A stretch of 64,000 nt of DNA, from IMG/VR virus record IMGVR_UViG_3300045522_000058, one strand, 5' to 3'. Shown one piece after another: positions 38,691 through 50,100 of the stretch (positions are counted from its first letter, which is position 1; each line of letters opens with the position of its first letter). Both the position numbers and the translations under genes were made by a program. This stretch comes from a virus. The notes beneath the pieces were generated by a model. The model made no database searches. It saw only the letters and a list, made by a program, of their open reading frames with translations, and was not told where the DNA came from.

Positions 38691-39281
38691 TTAAAGCGAG
38701 GGAGCCAAGCGCTGATCGAGGATCGATTGCACATCATCGCTCACTTCAAGGTTCAGGCCAAGCTTGTTAGCAATCTCTTTCGCCGCTGAGTAGACTTCTA
38801 GTGGGCAATTTTCGAAAGCCCAAATTTCAAACGAATGATATTCACTTGGACGATTATCGGAGGTTACTCCTCCTTGGTGAAATGCATGTGCCTGCTTGGG
38901 AAGTTCATACATTGCCATAAGCCTGAACTCTTCAGAAAGTTTAACTGTTTCCTCAGTTTTGCGTACCGTGTCGAACTGAAACATGATACCTCGGTCTGTG
39001 AATGGCTTACAAAGCGAAACGACGGCATCTGGAGATCTGGAACCTTCTAAAGATCGTTGATCGTCGACCATCTTCTTCAGCTGAATGACAGGTCTGGAAA
39101 TGCCTTCGATAAGTGTTTTGGGGTCGAGGCCACGCTCCTTAGCGATCTTGATGGCCATATCCTCCAGGATTGCCACCCGTTCAGCCATTGACGTCGAGGC
39201 TTCCGCTTCAAGACGTGGCTCATTTTGGAAAGCAGTGAAAAAAGCATTTGTTGCAGCTTTGATCTCGTCTTTATTTTGCAT
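38691..39281 (-). CDS. Hypothetical protein
   Basis: AGGAG SD; 196-aa ORF. Confidence 0.65.
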   Translation of the reverse strand: MQNKDEIKAATNAFFTAFQNEPRLEAEASTSMAERVAILEDMAIKIAKERGLDPKTLIEGISRPVIQLKKMVDDQRSLEGSRSPDAVVSLCKPFTDRGIMFQFDTVRKTEETVKLSEEFRLMAMYELPKQAHAFHQGGVTSDNRPSEYHSFEIWAFENCPLEVYSAAKEIANKLGLNLEVSDDVQSILDQRLAPSL

Positions 39282-39338
39282 TGCGATCTCCTGTTATCGG
39301 TCTAAGTAATGCGGTTTTGTCATAATCTGAATTCGGCA

Positions 39339-39545
39339 TCACGCCATTTGATGGGCCGCAACCTTGATTAGCTCGTCGGCATCGACATCATGAAGTTCGG
39401 CAACATTCTTTGCGATTTGTGTAATGATATTTTTGCGCTCGCGTTGCGCAAGTTTTTCAACCTGCAGGCGCTCATCATAACGTGTTGCACGTACGAAAGA
39501 CATTACGGCACTATAAATCTCATGATTGAGTTCGTAGGCTTGCAT
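39339..39545 (-). CDS. Hypothetical protein
   Basis: GAGGTG SD. Confidence 0.55.
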   Translation of the reverse strand: MQAYELNHEIYSAVMSFVRATRYDERLQVEKLAQRERKNIITQIAKNVAELHDVDADELIKVAAHQMA

Positions 39546-39770
39546 GAATCACCTCTTGTTGCGCATTAAATATCTAGTGTTCATGAGATATTCAACATAA
39601 AAATATTATTTCATATCAAATAAATAATTTATTTAAGTGCCATAGGTGATTTTATTGATGAAATAGCATGAGCATCTGGCGAATTGTAAATGCTTATTGG
39701 AGTGAAATATAGATTATTAGCTTGTTTTTCCTTTAAATAATTGCTAATCAGCTTGCGAAAGGAACGTGCT

Positions 39771-40472
39771 ATGTCTTCCCGTGATCAAGCTGATGCGAAA
39801 ATTGCTTTTTATGGTGATCCTCATGGCGACTATCGTCCGATGAAGTCACTGGTTTCAGCGCGGCCGAATGCTGTCGTTTTTCTCGGGGATATGGATTTGT
39901 CGCGTTCGTTCGATAATGAAGTGAAGCCTCTGACAGAAGCTGGCATCGAAAGCTGGTATATCCACGGCAACCACGACACAGATCGGGAGGACTGGCACGA
40001 TTTTCTCTTTGAAAGCAAACTGGGAAAGTCACGAAACCTGAATGTTCGCGTAGAGAATATTAATGGTGTTCGGATTGCTGGATTGGCCGGAGTGTTCCGC
40101 TCAAAAGTCTGGCATCCTAGGGATGGCAAAGGTGAACAGAAGTTTCAGAGCCGCGCTGAATTCATGCGCATTCATCACCTCGCCTCTTGGCGCGATGGTC
40201 TCCCGCTTGGTCAGCGCTCTACGATCTATCCGGAAGACGTCGACAAGCTTGCAAACATGCGTGCGGATGTCCTTGTGTCACATGAAGCACCGTCCTGCCA
40301 TCGTTATGGCTTTTCGGAAATCGATCTGGTCGCTCAAATGATGGGTGCAAAAACTATTATTCACGGTCATCACCACGAAAGCTACGAGGCAACCCTGCCA
40401 TGCGGCATCAAGGTGATTGGATTGGACAAAGCAGAGATCGCTACGCTGTCCGTTTCAGACTTGGTAGCCTGA
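39771..40472 (+). CDS. Calcineurin-like metallophosphoesterase
   Basis: GDPHG, FLGDMD, IHGNHD, VSHEAP, IHGHHH. Confidence 0.9.
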   Translation: MSSRDQADAKIAFYGDPHGDYRPMKSLVSARPNAVVFLGDMDLSRSFDNEVKPLTEAGIESWYIHGNHDTDREDWHDFLFESKLGKSRNLNVRVENINGVRIAGLAGVFRSKVWHPRDGKGEQKFQSRAEFMRIHHLASWRDGLPLGQRSTIYPEDVDKLANMRADVLVSHEAPSCHRYGFSEIDLVAQMMGAKTIIHGHHHESYEATLPCGIKVIGLDKAEIATLSVSDLVA

Positions 40473-40489
40473 TAACAAGGAGAGAGAAA

Positions 40490-40987
40490 ATGGAAGATAT
40501 CCAAGGCGTATTGTATGAAACCGGAAGTGGCAAGTTTTTGAAGCTAATTCCATCGAATGCGCAGTTTCATTCGTCGCGTGAAAATGCGACGCCGATTAGC
40601 AAGGCGGATTTCGATGATAAAGCGAAATTGCGTCAACTTCTCGATCATCATAACGTCGACTGGTATTTTGGAACAATCGAGTTTCGTTCTTTGGAAATCA
40701 AACCGCTTGCTTTACCGAAAGAAGCTGAATTCGATATCGCCTTCAAAGTTCCTTCAAATGGTAAGGAATGGCAAAGGCACTATAATGATGTAGAGGCTGC
40801 AGTTTTAAAGGCGGCATTCGCTGATTATAGTTTGCTTAGTGGCACTACGACCGACAAAGATGGTGGCAAGTTCAATCTGAGTGTGGAGATGCCAGGTTCG
40901 GACGCAGAAGTTTCGGCAAAAGTGCTATCGGAATTGGCTAAACTGCTGCCGACGATGCAAATTTTGACAATCGAATTTTATCACTGA
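40490..40987 (+). CDS. Hypothetical protein
   Basis: AAGGAG SD before MEDIQG. Confidence 0.6.
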   Translation: MEDIQGVLYETGSGKFLKLIPSNAQFHSSRENATPISKADFDDKAKLRQLLDHHNVDWYFGTIEFRSLEIKPLALPKEAEFDIAFKVPSNGKEWQRHYNDVEAAVLKAAFADYSLLSGTTTDKDGGKFNLSVEMPGSDAEVSAKVLSELAKLLPTMQILTIEFYH

Positions 40988-40994
40988 GAGTAAC

Positions 40995-41246
40995 GTGTTA
41001 AAGATTAAGAAGACGCTTTCAGAGCGTATTACAGACGCTGATGATCGTGGAGGACGTTATCTCGCTGATGCAAACGAGGCTGCAGAACGTGGCGACCAGA
41101 AGAAGGCTGAAATGCTGTATGAAAAGACCAATACTGGCTTGATCGCTCGAACAATCTTCGTGAAAACAATTGAAAGATTTTTGAGTAATGGTCTAAAGGA
41201 CGGAAACCTTCGTGGGGTTGGGGGGCAGATGGCTTCCGTCCTTTAG
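40995..41246 (+). CDS. Small hypothetical protein, possibly frameshifted
   Basis: ERITDADDRGGRYLADANEAAERG; an alternate frame from 41129 gives QYWLDRSNNLRENN*. Confidence 0.5.
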   Translation: MLKIKKTLSERITDADDRGGRYLADANEAAERGDQKKAEMLYEKTNTGLIARTIFVKTIERFLSNGLKDGNLRGVGGQMASVL

Positions 41247-41474
41247 GGCAATCCAACTCATGTCGATTTGCCATTGCTTCCAACCCTAAGGTTGAAACCA
41301 TAAGCTGGAATACACCAGCAATATATGTATGTTGGCTGTCTATCCGTCGTAAGTCAATTACCTCTAAAGAAATAATCAACAAATTATTTTGATATTACTA
41401 AAGAGGTAATATCTCAATTTAAACTGGTTGATATCCTATCGAGATACCACCTTAAATAGGTTTAATAATTCGAT

Positions 41475-42785
41475 CTATGGCTTCAAGGTTTTAATATTGT
41501 CTTGGTTATCATCGTTCGCGATTCGAGCACGTTCAATAAAATATGCTGCCGCATCCGTAATGTCTGGTTCCAAATCACGACCATCCAAGCTGTCAAGGAT
41601 ATCTTCGTTGATGTCGAAATCTTGTCCTAATACGCGTTTGAGATCCTCATGCGTCGCCGGAAAGTAATCTACATTGAGTTCGCAGTCATAATTGCCCTCG
41701 TAATCGTATCCACCGTTGAAGGCAGGATTTTTCATTAGCCAGAGGCCTTCTTTGACATCATCCAGTTCGATGTAATCACCTAAATCATCAACTGTATTGA
41801 ATAGATGTCCAGTGAAACCAAGGATGAAAGGATGGGTCTCCCCTTCCCTGCTGTCGTCATCCAGCCAGAGGACAATAGCTTCATCCGGCTGCTGTCGCAG
41901 GCGTGCTTGCCATACCTGATTTTCGATTTCTGCAACTTGCATGAACATGTCGTTATCATGTCTGCTACTGAGCAGGCCGAAGTCTGTTTCTACGCTTTCT
42001 TGCTCAGAGGAAATATCTTCAGAACGAACATTGAGAAGCAAGAATGCTCGAATATCGTCAACAGAAGCATTCTTCTTTAAAACGTTTACCCCATGATTTA
42101 AAGAATAACTATCGCTATTATTTACGACAGTTATCAATTCATTATTTCGGTAGTACATGCTGATATTATCAGAAATTATCAGGTCACCTGGTTCGATTTT
42201 TTGATTGCAAAATACTTCGCTGACTGGCCGTTGTGTTTCGAAGATTTTTTTTGATGTGGAACGCGAATATGTTTGGATGACAGCTGGAAGATCGATTGTA
42301 CGTACTCCATCAAGATCATTATATCCGACACGGTCATAGTTACTGTCATCTTCGCGCGGGTCAAAAATGTCGACATCAGTATTAGCATTTGGATCGGGTG
42401 TCCGAGTGATGAATCGTCCCTGAATTTTTCCATTGGTTACGCAATCAACATGAATTAGAATAGGACGATTGTTAGTGGCACTCAGTTTCTGGACATAGGT
42501 GAAGATTTCTTCGTCTGGAAGATTGGGGATAAGATTATTCCACTGAATATGGTATCCGGATTTTCCGTCCTGATCTTTCCATGTATTGTCCCAGTTTGCA
42601 GTGTGTATCTTCAAATGTCTCCCGTTCTTAAGAGCAACTGTAAATCCGTCTCTATAATCATTTGTCAAAACTGTACCAAGCACGAGTTCACGAGTTGTAC
42701 TACAGTTGAAAATCATTTTCTTACCAGGTTTTAGGCTTTTGCTGTTATTTGAAAACGAATAATGCATTTCGAAACCTCTTTTCAA
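41475..42785 (-). CDS. Hypothetical protein (436 aa)
   Basis: Long ORF. Confidence 0.7.
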   Translation of the reverse strand: MKRGFEMHYSFSNNSKSLKPGKKMIFNCSTTRELVLGTVLTNDYRDGFTVALKNGRHLKIHTANWDNTWKDQDGKSGYHIQWNNLIPNLPDEEIFTYVQKLSATNNRPILIHVDCVTNGKIQGRFITRTPDPNANTDVDIFDPREDDSNYDRVGYNDLDGVRTIDLPAVIQTYSRSTSKKIFETQRPVSEVFCNQKIEPGDLIISDNISMYYRNNELITVVNNSDSYSLNHGVNVLKKNASVDDIRAFLLLNVRSEDISSEQESVETDFGLLSSRHDNDMFMQVAEIENQVWQARLRQQPDEAIVLWLDDDSREGETHPFILGFTGHLFNTVDDLGDYIELDDVKEGLWLMKNPAFNGGYDYEGNYDCELNVDYFPATHEDLKRVLGQDFDINEDILDSLDGRDLEPDITDAAAYFIERARIANDDNQDNIKTLKP

Positions 42786-42825
42786 TTAAAGAAAAATCTA
42801 TTTAATTAGTGCAACACACGCATTT

Positions 42826-43365
42826 TTAATCAATAACGCTGCATTCATCCAGTGCATTTCTAAGACTGTTATAGTGTTCAACCCATTTTCCATATTTTTT
42901 CTTGTCATGAGAGTGTTCTTCAATGGGTTTGCACATAAAGTTTTCAGGAATGGCGTGTCTTAATTGAACCTTTGTTCCATCACAATAGGCACAGTGCGAC
43001 ATAATCAAGGCTGGATTGATACCAGTGCCGCCGCAATATCCGCAGCAATTGTCATGACCCAGGGAATATCTTACACGATGATATGAATTGATCGTCCGCC
43101 AGCTGTCTGATTGAGAACGAACAAAATCTTCCGTTTCACCAAAAGTGCGAACGATATTGGAACCTTCGGCCGAAGCGAATTCGGGAAAATAGAAACAATG
43201 AGCGTCTCCTTGTGCCGCAGCGACATTTCGAATGTGATTACTGTAATTCAAAATTTCAGCAATAATAAATTCCTTGATCTGGCCCTCGGACAGATTATTT
43301 CCAAAAGATCTACGCTCAAGCCAACAATTATGTCCTTCAAAAAATAGGCGCATTTTTCTCTCCAT
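42826..43365 (-). CDS. Hypothetical protein with CxxCxGxG zinc finger
   Basis: CGYCGGTG..CAYCDGT. Confidence 0.6.
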   Translation of the reverse strand: MERKMRLFFEGHNCWLERRSFGNNLSEGQIKEFIIAEILNYSNHIRNVAAAQGDAHCFYFPEFASAEGSNIVRTFGETEDFVRSQSDSWRTINSYHRVRYSLGHDNCCGYCGGTGINPALIMSHCAYCDGTKVQLRHAIPENFMCKPIEEHSHDKKKYGKWVEHYNSLRNALDECSVID

Positions 43366-43581
43366 TCTTTGTAAAGGATTAGCCGCTTTTAGGATTTAAT
43401 GCACGTTCAAAATAAACTTTAAGGCATTTATTTGTCTTCCTAATGGCGCACCCCAATGATTATTCCTTGTTAAAGGGGCCTTATTGATCGTGTGTAACTA
43501 TTTTTTATAAATACGGCAAATTATTGGGAAAATTAATTATCTTGAATTTTGGTCAGATAATGATATGTAAACCGTTTAGAG

Positions 43582-43929
43582 ATGGAGAAAATTATGTCGC
43601 AGTCGATTAAAAAGAATTTGTCTGCTGCCTTTCAGGCGGGATTTAATATCAGCTTCACGGGTGGCGGCACTGAGGCGCTTCGCAAAGATGTCGGTGATGA
43701 TTATTTTCTTATCACAGATACTTCAGGTTCGAGCGTCGATGCAGACCCAAGTTTGACTGAATGGGTGGTTGGCCGATATTCGAATTCTGAAGAAGGTGAA
43801 TATCATTGGACTATGGTCACAGAGCCTTTGACACTCAAACAAGCAATTACTTTTTATGAAAAAATTCCGTCTCCTCTCGAAGTCGAAAAGGTCGTAAAGA
43901 GTTGGGCTGATCTTGGCGTAGACATCTAG
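43582..43929 (+). CDS. Hypothetical protein
   Basis: ORF; GGAG upstream of MSQS. Confidence 0.6.
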   Translation: MEKIMSQSIKKNLSAAFQAGFNISFTGGGTEALRKDVGDDYFLITDTSGSSVDADPSLTEWVVGRYSNSEEGEYHWTMVTEPLTLKQAITFYEKIPSPLEVEKVVKSWADLGVDI

Positions 43930-44003
43930 CTGTTGACGTCAGTCATTGAGAAAAAGAATGCACCTGTATGAAAATACAGGTGCATTCTTACATAGTGTCG
44001 TAC

Positions 44004-44864
44004 TTATCGGCCACATCCACCAAAGGTGTCGCACTTGCCTGAGTTCCCGAGCATATCTTCTTCATCCGGTGCATCTTCAAGATCAACGGCATCAGGCATT
44101 GGAACTGGTGCCTTATATTTTCCTCGACCGCTATTCGCCCATTTGCGAACTTCGTCAGCACCTGCAGCGCCCATATGACGTTGAGGTCGGAACATTGTCT
44201 TGCCGACTTCCTGTTCGATTTCTTTCACTGCCTGCCAGTCGCTATCAGTAAAGCGCTGCATGTCTTTGCGATTAGAATTAATGCATCGGCACTCACGTGA
44301 ACGATGCGGTAGAACTTCCCATCCAGCGCGCTCAATGAGGGAATTGCGTGCGTCTTCTGAATATGTGGCAAAGGGAGCGACCATCATACGACCGCCGTGG
44401 TTCATTGATTTGATAATCCATTCAGGAAATTCAGCGCGATCCTGACTTTCTTCTCGTCTGACACCAACCAAGCAGATCGCACGACAATCAGGGTCAAATT
44501 CCTCAAGCCATCGCTGACCTGGTTCGATCTTTAGAATGTAAGAACACCATTGGTATCGTTGTGTAGGAAAGCCCTTTTTATCTCTTGCAAGCTGCCTGAA
44601 ACCAATGCTCGAAGTCCTGTACGGCGTGAAGCCAAGGGAACGAACCCACTCTTCACCCTTCTCGACGCGTTCTTCCCAGCCGTCGGCCATCCAGCCAGTG
44701 TCAGTAAATACGACAGCAACGCCTTCAATCTGGTTTTCGTAGGCCCATTGAATGAGAGCAATACTATCATTTCCATAGCTGACGAAAATTACGAACCTAA
44801 TTGGTTTAATCAAATCGCGTTCGTGTTCACGCTCTATAATATCAATGGCGTCAATATTTTCCAT
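44004..44864 (-). CDS. PAPS reductase-like (PP-loop) protein
   Basis: FVSYGNDS, FTDTGW, FPTQRYQWCS..LKIEP, VGVRREESQDRA. Confidence 0.8.
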   Translation of the reverse strand: MENIDAIDIIEREHERDLIKPIRFVIFVSYGNDSIALIQWAYENQIEGVAVVFTDTGWMADGWEERVEKGEEWVRSLGFTPYRTSSIGFRQLARDKKGFPTQRYQWCSYILKIEPGQRWLEEFDPDCRAICLVGVRREESQDRAEFPEWIIKSMNHGGRMMVAPFATYSEDARNSLIERAGWEVLPHRSRECRCINSNRKDMQRFTDSDWQAVKEIEQEVGKTMFRPQRHMGAAGADEVRKWANSGRGKYKAPVPMPDAVDLEDAPDEEDMLGNSGKCDTFGGCGR

Positions 44865-44893
44865 TTTAAAAATTCCTGATAAAAATTATGAAA

Positions 44894-45688
44894 TTATTCG
44901 CTGATGTTAGTATCAGTATCTGAACTGATCACAGTGGTTTCTTCATCTGCGCTTTTACTGATATTTTCAGATGAATTATCGCTGAAGGCATTCTCACGAT
45001 AAAATGAGTGAGCTTCATGTTCGAGGCTGTTTAGATATTTCAGAGCTGCAATGCCTTCAATACTTAGATCGCCTTTCATCGGCTTGTTCCAGCCGCGAAC
45101 GTGGCAAACCCAAGCCTGGATTGCATGAGGTCCAAACCGACGTAAAAGATCGGCAATAAATAATAGTTTTTCTGCAGGGATTTCTTCTGTATCCGCAGTA
45201 TATGACCAAACATGCGCAAAAAGTGCTGGCTGACCAAGTCTGCTTTCTGCTTGAATGTCTTTAATCCAATGGGTTCCGATAAAGACATCATTCGAATTCA
45301 GAAGTTGAATGACCGCTCCCTGAACTCGAATTGCGGTATCTAGCAGTGCATCACGATGCGAGAGTTCTCTTGATACTTGATGGCCAATCTCGGTGAGAGT
45401 TGTAGCGAGCTGGTCCTGATCAATTTCTTCGAGACTGTCCTGACTAGTAATCAGTTCTGCAAGACGTTTAATGTCATCCGCGACAGAATATGTTGTTGGA
45501 TCGGAATGCAATATATCCAGATGCCCAGCATATACCTGCTCAATATGAGGGTAAAATTTATGAAGAGAAGCAACGACTGAATCAGCTTGCCATTCTGTCA
45601 GGGTGCGATCCCCCTGCTCTCCTTGAGAGATTGAAGGATTAAATATTGCGGCAAATAGTTCTTGATATAATGCGCTTCGAATTTTCAT
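44894..45688 (-). CDS. Hypothetical protein
   Basis: 264-aa ORF with AAGGA SD. Confidence 0.65.
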   Translation of the reverse strand: MKIRSALYQELFAAIFNPSISQGEQGDRTLTEWQADSVVASLHKFYPHIEQVYAGHLDILHSDPTTYSVADDIKRLAELITSQDSLEEIDQDQLATTLTEIGHQVSRELSHRDALLDTAIRVQGAVIQLLNSNDVFIGTHWIKDIQAESRLGQPALFAHVWSYTADTEEIPAEKLLFIADLLRRFGPHAIQAWVCHVRGWNKPMKGDLSIEGIAALKYLNSLEHEAHSFYRENAFSDNSSENISKSADEETTVISSDTDTNISE

Positions 45689-45714
45689 ATTAGCATCCTT
45701 TGTTTGTGTTGGAT

Positions 45715-45990
45715 TTACCAGACTCCGTCACGTTGGAATTCAAGGATGCCATCTGCCTGAAATTTAAGAATGCATTTGTCACAAACGGTACCTTCAGGGA
45801 TATGATCTGGCCTTCCTCCCTTGAAGATATGGAGCTGCATGTCTGCAACAACACTACCGTAATGCCCTACGAGTTTATCGCCAAAAATAGTGGCCGCGCA
45901 TTCATACGCCTGTTCCGCTTCGGGTCTGTCGTCCCAAAGGGCTGGATATTCAGTTTTACAGCATACGCATGTGACTTTAATATCGGACAA
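45715..45990 (-). CDS. Small Cys-containing hypothetical protein
   Basis: CVCC..CA..CDKC; GGAG SD. Confidence 0.55.
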   Translation of the reverse strand: MSDIKVTCVCCKTEYPALWDDRPEAEQAYECAATIFGDKLVGHYGSVVADMQLHIFKGGRPDHIPEGTVCDKCILKFQADGILEFQRDGVW

Positions 45991-46106
45991 TGGAAGGCTC
46001 CTTTTTATATTATTAATATCGTATTGAATGGCGAAAATAATTCAAGGTGTTTAATTACGGTAAATAACTAAATTGCGACTTTTAAATTATTTTATCATAG
46101 CTATCA

Positions 46107-46658
46107 TTGAGGTGCATCATGGAGGAATTCATGCATCTAAATCACACTATGAACGTCATTATTGAGGCGGAACCTTATTTATCAGAAGCATCCAAGTTTC
46201 GAAAGATTCATCAGCATGCACAAGAGAAGTGGCAGGCGTTTCAGATCAAATATGGCGCATACGCGATGGCACCAAATGGGACTGGTCTTTTTTTCAGTGA
46301 TAAATCACCTGAAGGTTGGACCAAATCGGAAGGCCGACATGGATTTTCCAGGCCACGCCCAGGTACGGACGCCGACGAGGAATTAAATGAGCTCCCTCGT
46401 TTCCCAAAGGCGTGGGACGTGTTCGGTGATAGCCTAGTGTTTGATCTAGAGTTTGAATTGAATGGAATACGAAATTCCGTTGCTATATCAGAATTGTGGG
46501 AAGGGCCAGAAATTGGCTGGAATAATCAAAACGTATTTTGTGCCCTTATTCCAAATCCAATTGATGCAATATTAGAAATTAAATCAAAGCATCCTGATGC
46601 ATTTATTCTTGGTGGTGTCGAAGAGTGGCAACTACCTGGAGGACTTCGGCGAATTTAA
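46107..46658 (+). CDS. Hypothetical protein
   Basis: ORF; GGAGG upstream of an internal ATG. Confidence 0.6.
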   Translation: MRCIMEEFMHLNHTMNVIIEAEPYLSEASKFRKIHQHAQEKWQAFQIKYGAYAMAPNGTGLFFSDKSPEGWTKSEGRHGFSRPRPGTDADEELNELPRFPKAWDVFGDSLVFDLEFELNGIRNSVAISELWEGPEIGWNNQNVFCALIPNPIDAILEIKSKHPDAFILGGVEEWQLPGGLRRI

Positions 46659-46944
46659 AAATGCCCCAAAAAGAGTGAGAGAAAAATACATGACTATGGA
46701 AAGCTTTTATCCCAAGACTGCAGCCGAGGCTTTGAATTGGATCGTGGCTAACGAACATTTTGAAGGTTATCACGCAAAGCGAAACGATGCCGAAGGACTA
46801 GTTTTGCGCAACGACGAGAAGGACTGCTTTATTCCGAGAGGTCTGTTGCCTGAAGACGCAATGAAACCATCGGATTATGAATCCACGAAGCGAATGTTTG
46901 AACCAACTGAAGATGGTCTGGCTCTTATAGCTAGGTCGCAATAA
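46597..46944 (+). CDS. Hypothetical protein
   Basis: ORF; probable start MTMES (~46690). Confidence 0.45.
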   Translation: MHLFLVVSKSGNYLEDFGEFKNAPKRVREKYMTMESFYPKTAAEALNWIVANEHFEGYHAKRNDAEGLVLRNDEKDCFIPRGLLPEDAMKPSDYESTKRMFEPTEDGLALIARSQ

Positions 46945-47179
46945 GTTCGCCTCATCCTCATATTTGTTGCAATTGTGCAACGAATTAACGCGGCCGCCGC
47001 ATATCGTGCCCTCACAGGTTGCAGAATCGTTTTGTACCGGTTATGCGTGTCTCCGGGTATTGGGAGTTTAGTGGCGTGGGGCGTAATCAGACCAAGTAGA
47101 TATTTTTACACTGGGGTTTATTGTGAACCTTGGCGCTGCTTGTTTATGTCTTATGTTAGTAACTCTCAGGTAATAGATT

Positions 47180-50100
47180 TTGCTTGGGGTTAAGATGAAG
47201 ATCACCACGAAGAATAAGTCTTTAACGCTCGCGTCCACTGCCGTCGCGTTATTGAGCGGAAGCGTCCTTTATTCCAACGCTGAGCCATTTCCTATTTACT
47301 CTGCTGTAGATAAGGCCGCGCTATCTGTTTCAAACGGGTCTAATGGAGGGTACTCATTTGGTTCAGAGTACTCAATCCAAGCGTCAACCTCTGGGCCAGG
47401 TAAGAGAGCATGGGGAGTGTTGGTTTCGAAAAGCCCAACAAGCCCCTCCACGCTTTCTCTCAATGTTTTTAACTCAGGTTCATTACTTATTGAAACCAGT
47501 GGGGACAAAGCTCATGGCGCTCAAGTTGGAGCTAAGGGCGGGAACGCAGACGGTTCGGACCAATCTGTACTTACAATAGGCGAACGGATTGTCGTGAAGA
47601 CAGCAGGTGCTGATGCGTTCGCACTTCACGCGATTGATGGCGGTACGATCAACAGCTCAGCCGACATATCTACAAGCGGAAAGAACGGCTTTGGTGCGTT
47701 CGCAGAGTCCTATTCAAAAATAAACCAGACGGGCGGCTCTATCATAACCACTGGCCAGAATGGTCACGCACTGATCGCAAACAATGATCGCAATGCAGTT
47801 GGTGGCAAAATCGTAGCAACTGATACAACTATCGAAACCTCAGGTGATTGGGCACATGGTGCATTCGCTGACAATGGTGGCGATATTGAACTGAATGCTG
47901 GCACGATCACTACAATGGGCGCTCGCGCATTCGGCATTCTGGCGTCTAAGAATTCGATTGTGACATCAAGTGCAGCGGTTACAACAAATGGTGCCAAAGC
48001 GCATGGTGTACAAGCTGGCGCTAACGGCAGCACTGCTGATGGCTCAGATAAATCGGTGATAACACTGACCGAAGGTGCATCGGTTACCACAAAAGGAAGC
48101 GATGCTTTTGGTATGCATGCCATTGACGGCGGCATTATCAACAGCTCGGCTGACATTAATACAGCTGGAAAGAACGGCTTTGGCGCGTTCGCTGAGTCTT
48201 TCTCTGAAATCAGTCAGACTGGTGGCAGGATTTCCACGACAGGCGTGAGTGGTCATGCCCTCGTTGCGAACAACGACCGCAATTCGCAGGGCGGAAAAAT
48301 CGTAACCACTGACACAGAAATCGTGACTATTGGCGATTGGGCGTATGGCGCATTCGCTGATAATGGTGGCGATATCGAGTTAAATGGCGGCAACATAGAT
48401 ACAAGCGGAGATCGCTCGTTCGGTCTGTTAGCAGCCAAGAATTCTACGCTGACTTCTAGTAGTCAGGTTACTACATCAGGATCGAAGGCGCATGGCGTTC
48501 AAGCTGGTGCTAACGGAAATACTGCGGACGGCACAGATCATTCAGTCATAACGTTGAACGAGGGTTCCAATGTTGTCACATCCGGCAACGATGCCTTTGG
48601 TCTTCATGCAATTGACGGCGGTAAGATTGCCGGAACTGTTTCAGTTTCGACTTCTGGCGTGAATGGTTTTGGTGCATTTGCCGAGTCATATTCCACAATC
48701 GATCTTGCCGACTCTGAAATCGTCACGACTGGCGCAGATGGCTATGGATTGATTGCCAACAATGACAGAGGTGCTGACGCGGGCGTTATCAACGCAACGA
48801 ACACCAATGTTGTCACAAACGGAAAATTCGCTTCTGGTGTTTTCGTCAAAGATGGCGGTGCGGTAAATTTCACAGGTGGTTCGGTCACTGCGAATGGTCT
48901 TGACGCTGCGGCTTTGGAGATTAATGGAAGCGGCACTATTGCCGTTGATGGCACCGTTCTTAAGAGTGTTCAGGGTCCATCGATCCTTGTCGGCCTCTCT
49001 GCTTCTGACGACATCGCAAACGTTTCGTTTGGCGCTGGAACAGTCGCAACAGCGAACAACGGTGTGTTGGTCCAGGTTAACCGTACGGGCGAAGGCGAAG
49101 ACGGTGTGATGAACCTGACGTTGAAGGCAGGTTCAGAATCCAGCGGCGACATTGTGGATCTTGACGAAAAAGGATCGGGAGCTACCCACGTTAAGATTGA
49201 AGAGAATGCCAAATTCAATGGAAAAATTTCCGGCATTACCAATCTGAACACAGAAGCAGGTACACAACTTTCGTTTGCTGAAGGGACAGAAATAGAAGGA
49301 AACGTCGTAGGCACGGGAACTCAGCTGACTTTCCATGCAACCGGAGCGACAATTGGCGGCGATGTTGAATTGAACAACGGTTCCGTTACGCGCGGTGGTG
49401 CTATCGGAGCGCCAATTATTGTTGGCGGAAGCGTTGCTGTTGATCAGACGTCCTTTATGGGTGGAAATTGGAACATTGGTGGTAATCTGACCGCCAATGG
49501 AACGCTACGACCTGGGAATTCCATTGGCACAATGACCGTCGCAGGGGACGTTACATTTGGTGCTGGCTCCGTTTACGAGGTTGAAGTTGCAGGCGATGGG
49601 ACCAGTGACCGTATCGACGCCGCAGGCAAGGCAATCCTGAATGGTGGCCGTGTTGACGTATATGCATTGGATACTAAGGTCAGCTATCAGGACGGCCAGA
49701 CTTATACGATCCTGACCGCAGGCGGAGGCGTTGATGGCCAGTTCGATGAAGCTGTATCCAAATCTGTTTTCCTGACAACATCCCTTGGCTATCAGGCAAA
49801 CCAAGTGGATTTGACCGTTGGTCTGGTTGCAGACCCAATTGACCCAGTTGATCCGGAAACCCCGCCTGTTGTCTTCGAGAAGGTTGCACAGACAACCAAT
49901 CAAGTGGCAACTGCTCGCGCATTGGATGGCCTGGAACAGAGCGGATCGTCGCTAGAACTGTATAACTCGGTTCTCTTCCTGACGAATGAAGACGAAGCAC
50001 GGGAAGCCTTTAACCAACTGTCAGGCGATACGCATGCATCGGTAAAGACAGGCCTGATCGATACAGCAAATTTGACTGCGGATGCGATCAACAATCGCTT

